64,000 nucleotides of DNA from Cyanobacteria bacterium P01_F01_bin.150 (lineage in GTDB: Bacteria; Cyanobacteriota; Cyanobacteriia; CAKZMO01), in contig JBCCYL010000007.1 of the NCBI GenBank assembly GCA_039189765.1, positions 64,001-128,000 of the forward strand. The letters are read 5' to 3'. Below the pieces are notes generated by a model. The model did no database searches. It had not been told where the DNA came from and saw nothing but the letters and a program-made list of their open reading frames with translations. The translations under genes were made by a program, and so were the position numbers. Shown in pieces: positions 50,842-61,102 of this stretch. Each line of letters begins with the position of its first letter. The stretch's first letter is position 1.

Positions 50842-52143
50842 ATGCCTCAGAAGACGCCGCCACTCACCCACACCAATGATTCCCTGTCTACCCCTTCGTC
50901 TCAGGCTTTAAACGAAGGGGAAACGTCTGTTACGATGTCTAGCGATTTTGGCCCTTCATCACTCCATATTACAGGCTCTGTCGATCAGGTCATCGCTCAT
51001 TCTTCATCATCTCGTTTAGATGATACAGATGATGGGATATCGACTTCTTCGTCTGTCTTGGATTCTCAATCCCTTCTTTCTAAGACTGAGGCATCGGCGG
51101 AAGAATTAATGGATTCAGTGTTTGAGGATGTGGATTATATGCTGGACAAGGGCGTTAGTTTAGTGCCCGCTTCTGCTACTCAATCTTCACCCCAGAAGCA
51201 AAATGGGTTAGTTCATCAAACTGAGGCGATCGCGTCTACCCAAGCGAACTCTAATAGCCTCAAAAACCAAGATGATACGCCTCAACTTGCATCCACCGCA
51301 GAATCACTATCGGATCGTTTGGATTCTGCGGTATCCCCCTCTTCAACCGATCAGGCATGGGGGAGAGCGCTTAAAATTACGATGCCAATCTTTGGGGCCT
51401 GTGTCTTTTTGGGGGTCGCTCTTGCCGCTGGATTGGTAATTCACAGCCCGTCATCGCCATGGAACCGGGGGGCGATCGCTGATGCTGGTGGCACTAACCC
51501 TTCGGATGGCTCAGATGCTGAATTTGCTGGTTATATGCAGCGTGCACTGGATACTATTGCGCGTTCCGAAACCTCAGTCAGTGCTCTGGCCAATGGTTCT
51601 GATAATAATGCCAATGGTAGCGGTTCTGACTCTAATGGTCCGGTCGCGACTAATCCGTCTTTCCGATCCTCTGGCGTTCCTCAACGGGTCTATATTCCTG
51701 TTTACCAGCCTCCTAGTCCATCAGGATCGACCTTGCCTAGTGTGCCGGTGCAAAGTAGTTTAGACTCTGGTCCAGAGTCTGTATCTAGTACACTTTTGCC
51801 AACACCTCCTGAACCTGTTGCATTCTCTCCATCTACAGCGTCATCATCTACTGTTGCACCTACGGCTTTACCCGCTCCTGTGTCTGCACCTGCGCCTACA
51901 CCTGCACCCCTCGCTTCCCCCCCCGTGCTTTCCGAACTGAGCCATGACCATGTGTTGGTGGGTCTATTGCAATTGGGCGATCGCTCCGTCGCGATGTTTG
52001 ATTTCTCTGAAGGCACCCATCGAGTCAAAGTTGGTGAGCAAATCGGCGACAGCGGCTGGAGTTTAGTTTCAGTCTCCCAAAACGAAGCGGTCATTCGGCG
52101 CAATGGTGATGTGCGCTCGATTTATATCGGCCAAAGTTTCTGA
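50842..52143 (+). CDS. Single-TM protein with S/P-rich linker and a C-terminal GspC/PilP-like beta domain
   Basis: TM IFGACVFLGVALAAGLVI; C-terminal LVGLLQLGDRSVAMF...RVKVGEQIGDSGWSLVSVSQNEAVIRRNG. Confidence 0.65.
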   Translation: MPQKTPPLTHTNDSLSTPSSQALNEGETSVTMSSDFGPSSLHITGSVDQVIAHSSSSRLDDTDDGISTSSSVLDSQSLLSKTEASAEELMDSVFEDVDYMLDKGVSLVPASATQSSPQKQNGLVHQTEAIASTQANSNSLKNQDDTPQLASTAESLSDRLDSAVSPSSTDQAWGRALKITMPIFGACVFLGVALAAGLVIHSPSSPWNRGAIADAGGTNPSDGSDAEFAGYMQRALDTIARSETSVSALANGSDNNANGSGSDSNGPVATNPSFRSSGVPQRVYIPVYQPPSPSGSTLPSVPVQSSLDSGPESVSSTLLPTPPEPVAFSPSTASSSTVAPTALPAPVSAPAPTPAPLASPPVLSELSHDHVLVGLLQLGDRSVAMFDFSEGTHRVKVGEQIGDSGWSLVSVSQNEAVIRRNGDVRSIYIGQSF

Positions 52144-52151
52144 TATCTAAT

Positions 52152-55100
52152 ATGGATCTGGTTCTTTGTCATCTTACGGCCGATTTCGATACGTTGGGAG
52201 CTGCTGTCGGAGTCTCTCTTCTCAATCCAGGCACCCGAATTGTCCTGGCTGGAGGGTGCCATCCAACTGTACGAGACTTTTTAGCTCTCCACCGGGGTGA
52301 ATATGCATTAATTGAACGGCGATCGGTTTCCGAGGATCAAATTCGCTCCATTACCGTTGTCGATACTCAGCAGCGCGATCGCCTCGGTTCCATTGCTCTC
52401 TGGTTGGATCTTCCCGATTGTACGATCACCGTCTACGATCACCATTCTGATCTTGATCATCATCGCGGTCAAGACGACAAGAATAAGCGGGCAATGGAGT
52501 CCGGAGCCATTGTTGCCCAACACTACCATGTTGCATCGGTCGGGGCTGCTACTACTTTGATTGTGGAAGCGTTACAGCATCAACAGGTCATCATTAACTC
52601 CATTGAAGCAACCGTTATGGCCTTGGGCATTCATGCCGATACAGGTTCCCTTACCTTTGATCACACCACCGTGCGTGATGCAGCGGCATTAACTTGGTTA
52701 ATGGCCCAGGGCGCTAATCCTAGAGTCATTGCTGAATATGTGGAGCCAGGATTATCTCCCGCTCTGCAAGATTTATTGCCTACAGTCTTAACCCATATCC
52801 AAGTAAAGTCTTTAGGGGGGATCTCTCTGGCTTGGGTCAAGGTGAGTGTCAATGCCCATACTCCCGGTTTATCTAGTCTAACCTCGCGGATTATGGATCT
52901 CACCGAGAGCGATGTGCTGATTTTTGCCAGCCATTACCCTTCTGGAGATGGAACAAAGATGAGCGTGATTGGGCGATCGCGCAGCGGTAGTTTTGGGACT
53001 GCTCATTTAGACGCCATTGATTTGGGGCAAATTTTTCGTGAGCTAGGTGGGGGAGGTCATGCCAAAGCGGCTGCTGTTACGCTCCACTTTCCCAGCCCCT
53101 CAACGTCACTGGCATCATCAAGTCCAAATTTAGTATCAGAGCTAACTCTATCATCCGAACTACCAGCATCCGAACTACCAGCATCCGAACTAACCGCAGA
53201 TACAGCCCTGGAACAGATTTTAACCCAGGTAGAATCCCAACTGCCCTCACCTGCCAAGGCGCGAACCTTGATGTCCTCTCCCGTCCGGACCATCCGTCCA
53301 GATATATCCATCGCGGAAGCCCATCGCATTTTGCTGCGTTATGGCCACTCTGGCCTATCGGTCGTAGATAGTGATGGACGATTGGTTGGCATTATTTCTC
53401 GTCGCGATCTAGACATTGCACTCCACCACAATTTCAGTCATGCCCCTGTTAAAGGGTTTATGTCTACAAATCTCAAGACCATTGGTCCCGATATGTCGTT
53501 ACCAGAGATTGAATCGCTGATGGTGACTTACGATATTGGCCGTCTTCCCGTGCTGGATGGTGATGAAATGGTCGGAATCGTGACGAGGACCGATGTTTTA
53601 CGTCAGCTACACCAAACCCAGCAAGTCCTGCTTGCTCAACAAACGGATGAGAATGGCCCACAATCAGCAGGGTTCTCGCAAATGGGCAAAAAAACAGATG
53701 AAAAATCAAGCAATCTTTTGGCCCCATTGGGTTCGATTTCCTCTGAACTTTCATCGCTTCAACGGTTTAATCACAATCACCCCCGCCGTGACTGTCCGCT
53801 CCCCCAAACCATGACCCAACGATTGCGCGATCGCCTTATTCCTGAACTATGGGACCTACTGCAATCCGTAGCTCTGGAGGCAGAAACTCGAGGATGGCAT
53901 TTATACGTAGTGGGTGGGGCTGTCCGTGATCTATTGCTAGCCAAAGACGGTGATCCGTTTTTAATTCCTGATGTGGACCTCGTGGTAGACGGTTGCCATC
54001 GGCAAGATGAAACGGCGGCTGGGGTTGAATTAGCTAAAGCCCTTCAGAAACACTACCCTAATGCTCGACTCCAGGTTCATGGTCGGTTTCAAACCGCTGC
54101 CCTACTTTGGCACCATGATCCGGTGCTTAAATCCCTGTGGCTCGATATTGCCACGGCCCGGACCGAATTTTATCCTTACCCCGCAGCCAACCCCGAAGTG
54201 GAGGCCAGCTCAATTCGTCAAGATCTATATCGTCGTGATTTTACAATTAATGCCCTCGCTATTCGTCTTACTTCACCCAGGGCAGGGGAATTGCTGGATT
54301 TCTTTGGCGGTACATTGGATCTAAAATCCCACCATATTCGAGTTCTACATCCCAACAGCTTTATTGAAGACCCCACCCGCATTTTTCGCGCTGTTCGGTT
54401 TTCTGTGCGTCTGGATTTCAAGATTGAACCTCAAACTCGTCGCTACATTAGACATGCGATCGCCAGCGGCATTTATCATCAGGTCCAGACCGAAATGGAT
54501 GTGGCCCCAGCGCTGCAAACACGACTGCGAAAAGAGTTGCAATATATCCTAGAGGCACCCTACTGGCGTACCGCTATTCAACTCCTGGCTGACCTCAATG
54601 CGCTGCAATGTATTCACGCAGATCTTGCCCTATCTCCAAAAATCTGGTGGCAGCTGCGCTTGGTCGATCGCTGGCTCAAACGCTTTGACCCAGACAGCCA
54701 ATTAGCCCACTGGCTAGTTCTGCTTGAAGTCGTTATTTCCCACCTCGACGACCCTTACCCCAAAACCATCGCAGAGAATCTCCAGCTTCCCACCGACAGC
54801 ATTCGCCGTCTTAGTCAGTTCAAAGCCATTTATAAAGATCTGCACCAGACTCTTATGTCATCAACTGCTGACCCAACCCCCAATCCCATAACGCCTCCCT
54901 CCAACCCCCCCGCTCCCCCGCCCCTCCGCTCCCCCGCTCCCCCGCTTCCCCCCAGCGCCATCACTACCTATCTCAAACCCTACGACCGCTCAACCCTCAT
55001 CCTCGTTGGGGTCAGGAGCGATCGCCCTTTGCGTCGGCTTATTTGGAAATATTTGGCCCATTGGTCCCATGTAAAAGCACCGCTAAACGGTAATGACTTA

Positions 55101-55235
55101 AAAGAATTAGGATATAAACCAGGGCGTCAGTTCAAATGGATCTTGAATCAGCTTTTAGCTGCAACCCTGGATGAAAACATTGAAACAGCGGCTGATGCAA
55201 AAATATTCCTGACCACTCTGAGGTTGCCTGGTTAA
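52152..55235 (+). CDS. tRNA nucleotidyltransferase (CCA/A-adding class) with DHH-like and CBS domains
   Basis: CHLTADFD, YDHH and GGGGHAKAA (DHH/DHHA1); two CBS domains; YVVGGAVRDLLL, DVDLVV, DLYRRDFTINALA and SFIEDPTRIFRA. Confidence 0.92.
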   Translation: MDLVLCHLTADFDTLGAAVGVSLLNPGTRIVLAGGCHPTVRDFLALHRGEYALIERRSVSEDQIRSITVVDTQQRDRLGSIALWLDLPDCTITVYDHHSDLDHHRGQDDKNKRAMESGAIVAQHYHVASVGAATTLIVEALQHQQVIINSIEATVMALGIHADTGSLTFDHTTVRDAAALTWLMAQGANPRVIAEYVEPGLSPALQDLLPTVLTHIQVKSLGGISLAWVKVSVNAHTPGLSSLTSRIMDLTESDVLIFASHYPSGDGTKMSVIGRSRSGSFGTAHLDAIDLGQIFRELGGGGHAKAAAVTLHFPSPSTSLASSSPNLVSELTLSSELPASELPASELTADTALEQILTQVESQLPSPAKARTLMSSPVRTIRPDISIAEAHRILLRYGHSGLSVVDSDGRLVGIISRRDLDIALHHNFSHAPVKGFMSTNLKTIGPDMSLPEIESLMVTYDIGRLPVLDGDEMVGIVTRTDVLRQLHQTQQVLLAQQTDENGPQSAGFSQMGKKTDEKSSNLLAPLGSISSELSSLQRFNHNHPRRDCPLPQTMTQRLRDRLIPELWDLLQSVALEAETRGWHLYVVGGAVRDLLLAKDGDPFLIPDVDLVVDGCHRQDETAAGVELAKALQKHYPNARLQVHGRFQTAALLWHHDPVLKSLWLDIATARTEFYPYPAANPEVEASSIRQDLYRRDFTINALAIRLTSPRAGELLDFFGGTLDLKSHHIRVLHPNSFIEDPTRIFRAVRFSVRLDFKIEPQTRRYIRHAIASGIYHQVQTEMDVAPALQTRLRKELQYILEAPYWRTAIQLLADLNALQCIHADLALSPKIWWQLRLVDRWLKRFDPDSQLAHWLVLLEVVISHLDDPYPKTIAENLQLPTDSIRRLSQFKAIYKDLHQTLMSSTADPTPNPITPPSNPPAPPPLRSPAPPLPPSAITTYLKPYDRSTLILVGVRSDRPLRRLIWKYLAHWSHVKAPLNGNDLKELGYKPGRQFKWILNQLLAATLDENIETAADAKIFLTTLRLPG

Positions 55236-55436
55236 ACTATTCAGAAACGTAAGGTGGAACCCAACTATCCAGAAGATCAATAAACGCGAAATTGCATAAA
55301 TGATCCGACTACACGATAATATGGCTACAATATCTTAAGTAAGTTGAAGTTGTGTATTTGCCTAAATGATGCTTCAAAGCCCAGAATCATCATTGATGTC
55401 TTTAAGCTGTTCTACCCCCATAGCTATTCATAATTT

Positions 55437-57485
55437 ATGACACTAGCAGTTGGATCACTCCTGCAAGACGACAGATATCAGATCCAAACGGTCTTGAATT
55501 CGACGGATGTTGAAATCGCGTATCAGGCGGTTCACACCTATTTGAATCGACCCGTTATTCTGAAACAGTTGCTTCATGATGATATAGAGTGGGTGGTTTC
55601 TGATCCTCCCACTCCTCAGGATGTCATGATTCAGCTATTGCGACTGTCACAGTGTCAACATCCTTGTTTGGGAGAGGTTCTGGATTGTTTTGAAGAAGAT
55701 GGTTGGGTTTATTTAGTTTTACCTACAGCCAGTGAGTTAACGATGGCCCAATGGCTGCAAGCTAATGGCCCTGTTAAGCCGTTAGACATGCTGGCGCATC
55801 TGCGATCGCTTATCGATATTTTCGATAAATTTCATCAGCATGATCTGGTGTACGGAAATCTCAGTCCCCAGACGCTTCACTATCGGACTGCAACCAATGA
55901 GATGGTGCTTACTGATTTTAGCTGGCGAATGTTTATTACAGATTTGCTTAGCGATCGCCACCGACTCAATTATTCAAAAATCCTTGATTTACAGCGATTA
56001 GCCTATATTGCCTACTGTTTTTTAACGGGTGATTATGGTTTTGTAGATGATGTTTGGACAGCAACGTTTCATACTCCATTAGAGGGTGAGTTGGAGGAGC
56101 AGCAAGACAACATTCGGCACAATATAGGCACTGTGTCCAAATTTCATAGCGTTTTGCCCAAATTTCATACCATTAGTGCCATTGCCAACCGAGAGGTGGA
56201 AGCAGTAATCTCTACAGCCCTTTATCCTCAAACGGCTCAATTGCTTACCCCCACAGATTGGTTTATTGCTTTAGAGCATGCTATCTGTTCAGGACAAATG
56301 CGTGAAGCTGTTAGTCCCTCTACATCAGAACCATGTAGTTCAATGGTATTTCCCTCATTGTTGCCCCCAAACTTTAACGTCCCCCACCCATCATCAGGAG
56401 AATCAGGAGAACTAGGAGCAAAGGTCTTGACTCAAGCAATCATAGAAGAAGCCCCCCTGCAAGCAGATTCCTTAGCGAAGGTAGAGGCTTCGGAGTTACC
56501 TTTTTCCGAAGTTCATGATGATGGTGTGGCCTCTCAAGTTTATATGGATGAAGATATAGAGACCAAAGATGGGACTGGTGCTGATAGTAACGCAGACAAT
56601 ATCTATGACACAGCCCTTGATAGTCAACGAAAACAGGAAACTCGTTGGCTAGGCGTTAAACGGGGATTGCCTCTACTTTTGGGAGCGACATCTGTTGTAG
56701 CAGCCATATCTGGAGGGATGGTAGGCTATGTGTTTCGCACCCAGGATATTGAGCAACTGGAAAAGTCTCCCCTATTTGGGAATGAAATTTTTGGGCGTGA
56801 ACAAGAATTTCCTCCCTCAGATCAATGGCCGGGATTGAGTCCTCACGCTGACGATAGTCCGACTGTTCTGTTTGAACGTTCGACTACGAGTCCGCAAGCG
56901 ACACAGATTCCTGATAGTAAAGCGGCTGATACCTTTTTCAGTGATAATGGTGCAGCTAATGAAAGCCCTGCCGCATCTAGAAGACCTGTAGAGGCTGTTC
57001 CTTTGGATGGTAATGGGTTAGCGTCTTCTGATGTCATCAGAGATAGGGCGTTAGAAAATATTGTGCCTTTTCCCAATGCAGAAGACTTAGAGCAAAATCC
57101 TCAGATTGAATCAACTGATGGTTTTCCTCGTCAAGAATCTGAGCTGCCTCGAAAAAGGCCAAAGCCTTCAGAGCAAACTAACATCCAACCGCTTGTTTCA
57201 CCTTTAGAAAGCCGTATTAATTCCTCTCCTTTCCAATCTGAATCACCACGGGTGAATGAGTTGCCACCTCTTTCGGAACAATTAACGCCAAGGAGACCAT
57301 CTTCTGAGCAAACTCCAAGACAGTCTGGCAACGCGCCATTGTCCAATACGGAAATTTTAGATCGACTCTCTAATCAGCGACCCAAGCCATTAATTACCCC
57401 TGTATCGCCTTCTCGACAAGAGCAGGTCCCCGAACATGATGTGACAGATGTTTCGGATGCTGCGGGGCTATCTAGTGACGTTTAA
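55437..57485 (+). CDS. Membrane Ser/Thr kinase-like protein, probably a pseudokinase
   Basis: Kinase fold (LLQDDRYQI...VILKQ...HPCLGEVLDCFEEDG), but no Gly loop, YGNLSPQT in place of HRDxKPxN, and DFS in place of DFG; single TM. Confidence 0.75.
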   Translation: MTLAVGSLLQDDRYQIQTVLNSTDVEIAYQAVHTYLNRPVILKQLLHDDIEWVVSDPPTPQDVMIQLLRLSQCQHPCLGEVLDCFEEDGWVYLVLPTASELTMAQWLQANGPVKPLDMLAHLRSLIDIFDKFHQHDLVYGNLSPQTLHYRTATNEMVLTDFSWRMFITDLLSDRHRLNYSKILDLQRLAYIAYCFLTGDYGFVDDVWTATFHTPLEGELEEQQDNIRHNIGTVSKFHSVLPKFHTISAIANREVEAVISTALYPQTAQLLTPTDWFIALEHAICSGQMREAVSPSTSEPCSSMVFPSLLPPNFNVPHPSSGESGELGAKVLTQAIIEEAPLQADSLAKVEASELPFSEVHDDGVASQVYMDEDIETKDGTGADSNADNIYDTALDSQRKQETRWLGVKRGLPLLLGATSVVAAISGGMVGYVFRTQDIEQLEKSPLFGNEIFGREQEFPPSDQWPGLSPHADDSPTVLFERSTTSPQATQIPDSKAADTFFSDNGAANESPAASRRPVEAVPLDGNGLASSDVIRDRALENIVPFPNAEDLEQNPQIESTDGFPRQESELPRKRPKPSEQTNIQPLVSPLESRINSSPFQSESPRVNELPPLSEQLTPRRPSSEQTPRQSGNAPLSNTEILDRLSNQRPKPLITPVSPSRQEQVPEHDVTDVSDAAGLSSDV

Positions 57486-57530
57486 ATGTTGTCATAGATG
57501 CCATTTTTTAATGCTGTTTACTCAATAAAA

Positions 57531-57573
57531 TAAAAGCGATCGCCTTCTGACTGAGAAAAAGCGATCGCTTTTA
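57531..57573. terminator. HIP1-containing bidirectional terminator-like hairpin
   Basis: TAAAAGCGATCGC...GCGATCGCTTTTA between convergent genes. Confidence 0.7.
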
Positions 57574-57688
57574 ACCTTGTGGCTATCTGGCATAGAGGTC
57601 CGCAAATGCTTTAGCTGGACCAAACAACCGGCTCGTGAGGGCACAAGAGGGTGTCTACAAAAATGCCGAGACCATATGTGGCGAAGGT

Positions 57689-58102
57689 TTATTCAGCAGA
57701 TTCAGCAGTATCTTCGCCTGTAACAGCATCGACCGCATTATCAATCGCTTCACCGGTTGCCTCAGCGGCTCCCTCAACAGCTTCACCAGTTGCATCGACT
57801 GCATTGCCAGTCGTTTCTTTAACGCCATCAACAACATCACCCGCAGCATCTTTAGTGGCATCTACGGCGTCACCCGCAGCATCTTTGGTGGCATCTACGG
57901 CGTCACCCGCAGCATCTTTGGTGGCATCTACGGCATCACCAGCGGTGTTAGCTGCATCTTCCACAACTTCTTGAGTTGCTTCTGCACCGTCTTGAAGCGT
58001 CTCAGTTGCATCCTCTGCTTGACTGCATGCACCTAGCGCACCAGCAACAACTAGACAGGATACAACAGCCAGAGTCTTAATATTTGCAAAAACAGATTTC
58101 AT
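57689..58102 (-). CDS. Acidic Ala-rich lipoprotein with 11-aa (LEA-like) repeats
   Basis: ATG at 58102 preceded by GAGGAG; lipobox LGA-C; DAAGDAVDATK repeats. Confidence 0.85.
   Translation of the reverse strand: MKSVFANIKTLAVVSCLVVAGALGACSQAEDATETLQDGAEATQEVVEDAANTAGDAVDATKDAAGDAVDATKDAAGDAVDATKDAAGDVVDGVKETTGNAVDATGEAVEGAAEATGEAIDNAVDAVTGEDTAESAE
57837..57935. repeat. 3 x 33-bp coding tandem repeat
   Basis: TCACCCGCAGCATCTTT(A/G)GTGGCATCTACGGC(G/A) at 57837, 57870 and 57903. Confidence 0.9.
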
Positions 58103-58380
58103 TGGGGTTCTCCTCACACAATACGTTTTATTAAAAAGTAGCCTAAGCTACTCAACTTTGATTTGCATGAAATTCTAGCAAAAAAAAGGAATATGGGCAT
58201 GGACTCTGCCCCCAGTTAACAGCACATATAAGCAATTCCAATTTGGTGACCATGTGCTCATCATTTTTATCGACTGAATTGTAACGATTATCCTAAATAC
58301 ATCGCAAATATATAGTGAAGCCTTGCCTAGATTGGATAAAATTCGAAGGCGATTAAATCGCTCAGAATATGTCTATTAAA

Positions 58381-58469
58381 TTCGTTTTAGCGGGGGTATC
58401 AATTTTAGGTGGGTAGTGGGGGCACAAAGCGCCCCCACTACCGTTAATTTTGTTTCGCCTTAAAACGAA
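58381..58469. mobile_element. MITE-like nested inverted element
   Basis: Outer TTCGTTTTA/TAAAACGAA; inner 12-bp stem GGTAGTGGGGGC/GCCCCCACTACC. Confidence 0.5.
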
Positions 58470-58619
58470 ACCCGTTTTAGTGCTAAGTAGTCGCGTTGAA
58501 GACTGTTTCTGTTAGGGGATAAACACCCCCAAAAGAAGCAATGTTTTAGCGTGCTCAATAAATCTGTAAACCGCTGTCGTTATCCATTTTATTGATATCA
58601 ACCAAAGGAGTGAGCCTTA

Positions 58620-59108
58620 ATGTCATCTAAAATTCAGGCCCAAGCCATTAAATTTTGGCAAGCTATTGTCAGTGCAGAAACTGCTGGTGCTTACGCGAAA
58701 GCGCTAGATGTAACTTGGACCATTCTTAAGGAAGGAGCTATACTCCTGTGGCTTATTATTTGTTTAGTCCTTGTATTCTTTGATTGGGGCTATGATACAG
58801 CCACTGGTGCTGGCCGCAGTGTGAGGGCGTGGTTTGAAGGACTGTCTCAAGCAGAAAGTACTGACATTGCGTCAGAAACTGGTAAACAGCTAGTAGCAGC
58901 GAGTAAAGCAAGCTTATCTTCCACGATTTCTCAGGCGCGGACCCAGCTCGGCTTACCCGATAAGAAGGGCGAAGTAGCGCCTAATACTCCCTCCTCAGTA
59001 GATAGTGCAGCCACACCTGTTGCCACTGTTCCTACATCTACTTCAACATCTACGCCAGCATCTACTTCAACATCTTCTGCTTCGCCTTCATCCAGCTCAG
59101 AGAAATAA
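58620..59108 (+). CDS. Hypothetical membrane protein with S/T-rich tail
   Basis: AAGGAG RBS; one TM (AILLWLIICLVLVFF). Confidence 0.75.
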   Translation: MSSKIQAQAIKFWQAIVSAETAGAYAKALDVTWTILKEGAILLWLIICLVLVFFDWGYDTATGAGRSVRAWFEGLSQAESTDIASETGKQLVAASKASLSSTISQARTQLGLPDKKGEVAPNTPSSVDSAATPVATVPTSTSTSTPASTSTSSASPSSSSEK

Positions 59109-59318
59109 TGTCGACTTTTAGCGTCGCAAACGGGGTGAGCAACTATGATGTTCACCCTAAATTGTTAAGTAAGGTAATGACATCCTACAAGCACTACCCA
59201 TTTCCTCAAAAGCTATTTGCCCAAGGACTATTTCCTCAATCGATACAAAGCTGAGTAGCTTAAAGGCTTATTACCTGCTTCTCCCTGCATTAACGGCAAC
59301 TAGTTAGTAGCCCTTTGG

Positions 59319-60665
59319 TTATGTCCTCATCATTTTGGCTACAAAATCAGTGTATACTTCACCCGCAATAAAGTCAGGGTGCTCTAAAATCCGTTCGTGG
59401 AAGCCAATGGTTGTGGGCAACCCCATAATTGCACATTCTCTCAGAGCACGCTGCATTCGGGCGATCGCGGTCTGTCGATCGGGTCCCCATGCAATAACTT
59501 TTCCAATAAGAGAATCATAGTAGGGTGGGATATCATACTCTGTATAAACGTGGGAATCAACTCGTACTCCCGGTCCGCCAGGCGGAAGGTAGCCACTAAT
59601 CCGACCAGGGTGGGGACGAAAATCTTTGTCAGGATCTTCTGCATTAATGCGGCATTCAATGGCATGCCCCTGTAAATTAATCTGGTCTTGAGTCACAGAG
59701 AGGCGATCGCCCTGAGCAACTTGAATTTGCTCCCGAATTAGGTCTAACCCCACTACCATCTCAGTGACTGGATGCTCAACCTGAATGCGAGTATTCATCT
59801 CCATAAAGTAGAAATCGCCTGATTTATCAAGCAGAAATTCTACCGTACCAGCTCCAACGTAATTGATAGACTTAGCAACTTTAACTGCCGCGTCCCCCAT
59901 TTTCTGTCGCAGCTCAGGAGTCAAGGCAATGCTGGGTGATTCTTCCAGCAATTTTTGGTGCCGTCGCTGGATGGAACAATCCCGTTCACCCAAATGGACT
60001 ACATTGCCATGACTATCGGCCAATATCTGAAATTCGATATGGCGTGGACATTCTATAAATTTCTCGACATATACACCAGGATTACCAAAAGCAGCCCCCG
60101 CTTCCCCTTGGGCTGCCATAAAAGATTTGATCAAATCTTTTTCTTCTCGGACTAAGCGCATCCCGCGTCCCCCACCTCCAGCAGTGGCCTTAATCATTAC
60201 TGGATAGCCGATTTGCCCTGCCACCCGCAGCGCATCCTTTTCATCCTTCAGAAGACCATCGCTGCCGGGGACTGTCGGGACTCCAATCCGCTTCATGGTG
60301 TCCTTTGCTGTAGATTTGTCACCCATGGCCTGCATGCCTTCTGGAGTCGGACCAATAAAGATAATTTGATGGTCTGCACAGATTTCCGCAAATTTGGCGT
60401 TCTCTGCTAAAAAACCATAGCCAGGATGAATAGCCGTGGCATTGCAGGTCAGGGCTGCTGCAATGATATTAGGAATATTGAGGTAACTTTTGGTACTTGG
60501 AGGCTCCCCAATGCAAACAGACTCGTCCGCCAATTGAACATGTAGAGCATGGCGATCGATGGTGGAATGCACTGCAACCGTAGAAATTCCCATTTCTTCA
60601 CAGGTGCGAAGAATTCTAAGGGCGATCTCGCCTCGGTTGGCAATCAGAATTTTGGAAAACCGCAT
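59319..60665 (-). CDS. accC: Acetyl-CoA carboxylase biotin carboxylase
   Basis: [38 protein letters not shown] and YYDSLIGK motifs. Confidence 0.98.
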   Translation of the reverse strand: MRFSKILIANRGEIALRILRTCEEMGISTVAVHSTIDRHALHVQLADESVCIGEPPSTKSYLNIPNIIAAALTCNATAIHPGYGFLAENAKFAEICADHQIIFIGPTPEGMQAMGDKSTAKDTMKRIGVPTVPGSDGLLKDEKDALRVAGQIGYPVMIKATAGGGGRGMRLVREEKDLIKSFMAAQGEAGAAFGNPGVYVEKFIECPRHIEFQILADSHGNVVHLGERDCSIQRRHQKLLEESPSIALTPELRQKMGDAAVKVAKSINYVGAGTVEFLLDKSGDFYFMEMNTRIQVEHPVTEMVVGLDLIREQIQVAQGDRLSVTQDQINLQGHAIECRINAEDPDKDFRPHPGRISGYLPPGGPGVRVDSHVYTEYDIPPYYDSLIGKVIAWGPDRQTAIARMQRALRECAIMGLPTTIGFHERILEHPDFIAGEVYTDFVAKMMRT

Positions 60666-60887
60666 TGTCCAGACTTTTGGATTGAGGTGAATAGGGCATC
60701 TCTTAATGCCAGTGATTCATCCTATCACTCTTACGTCACGCAGAGTATCAACTTTGGACGGTAGCAGAGGAGTTTACGCTCCCAACACCGCTAATTTTGC
60801 TCTGGTTTAGGGGAAAACACTTTAGAGGTACGACCTGAATTGGGTCAAAAATTCGGGTTTCGTCTTAAGAGATAAAACAAAATCCAT

Positions 60888-60918
60888 GGCAGTGTGGACG
60901 CATCGCGCTCACACTGCC
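60888..60918 (-). terminator. Possible terminator downstream of ho1
   Basis: GGCAGTGTG/CACACTGCC stem, with T-rich sequence following on the minus strand. Confidence 0.45.
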
Positions 60919-61102
60919 CACCTAAGAACTCATGAAGCCGCATTTAAAAGGGATTGAGAGCCAAAAGCCGAACCCAGAGCGTGGCCCCACAGTAGCATTG
61001 AGCCATGTAGAAATAACCGGGGTGACTTTCGACTCTCAGTCCCAAGAGCCTAGGGCCAGTATTTAAGACTAGGCCAAACAAACTTTGATTAGCTGGGCCA
61101 GC

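Noticed and set aside
57635..58036. Plus-strand repetitive ORFs (133 and 107 aa)
   Set aside because: Antisense shadows of the 33-bp repeat. The minus-strand frame has the RBS and lipobox.
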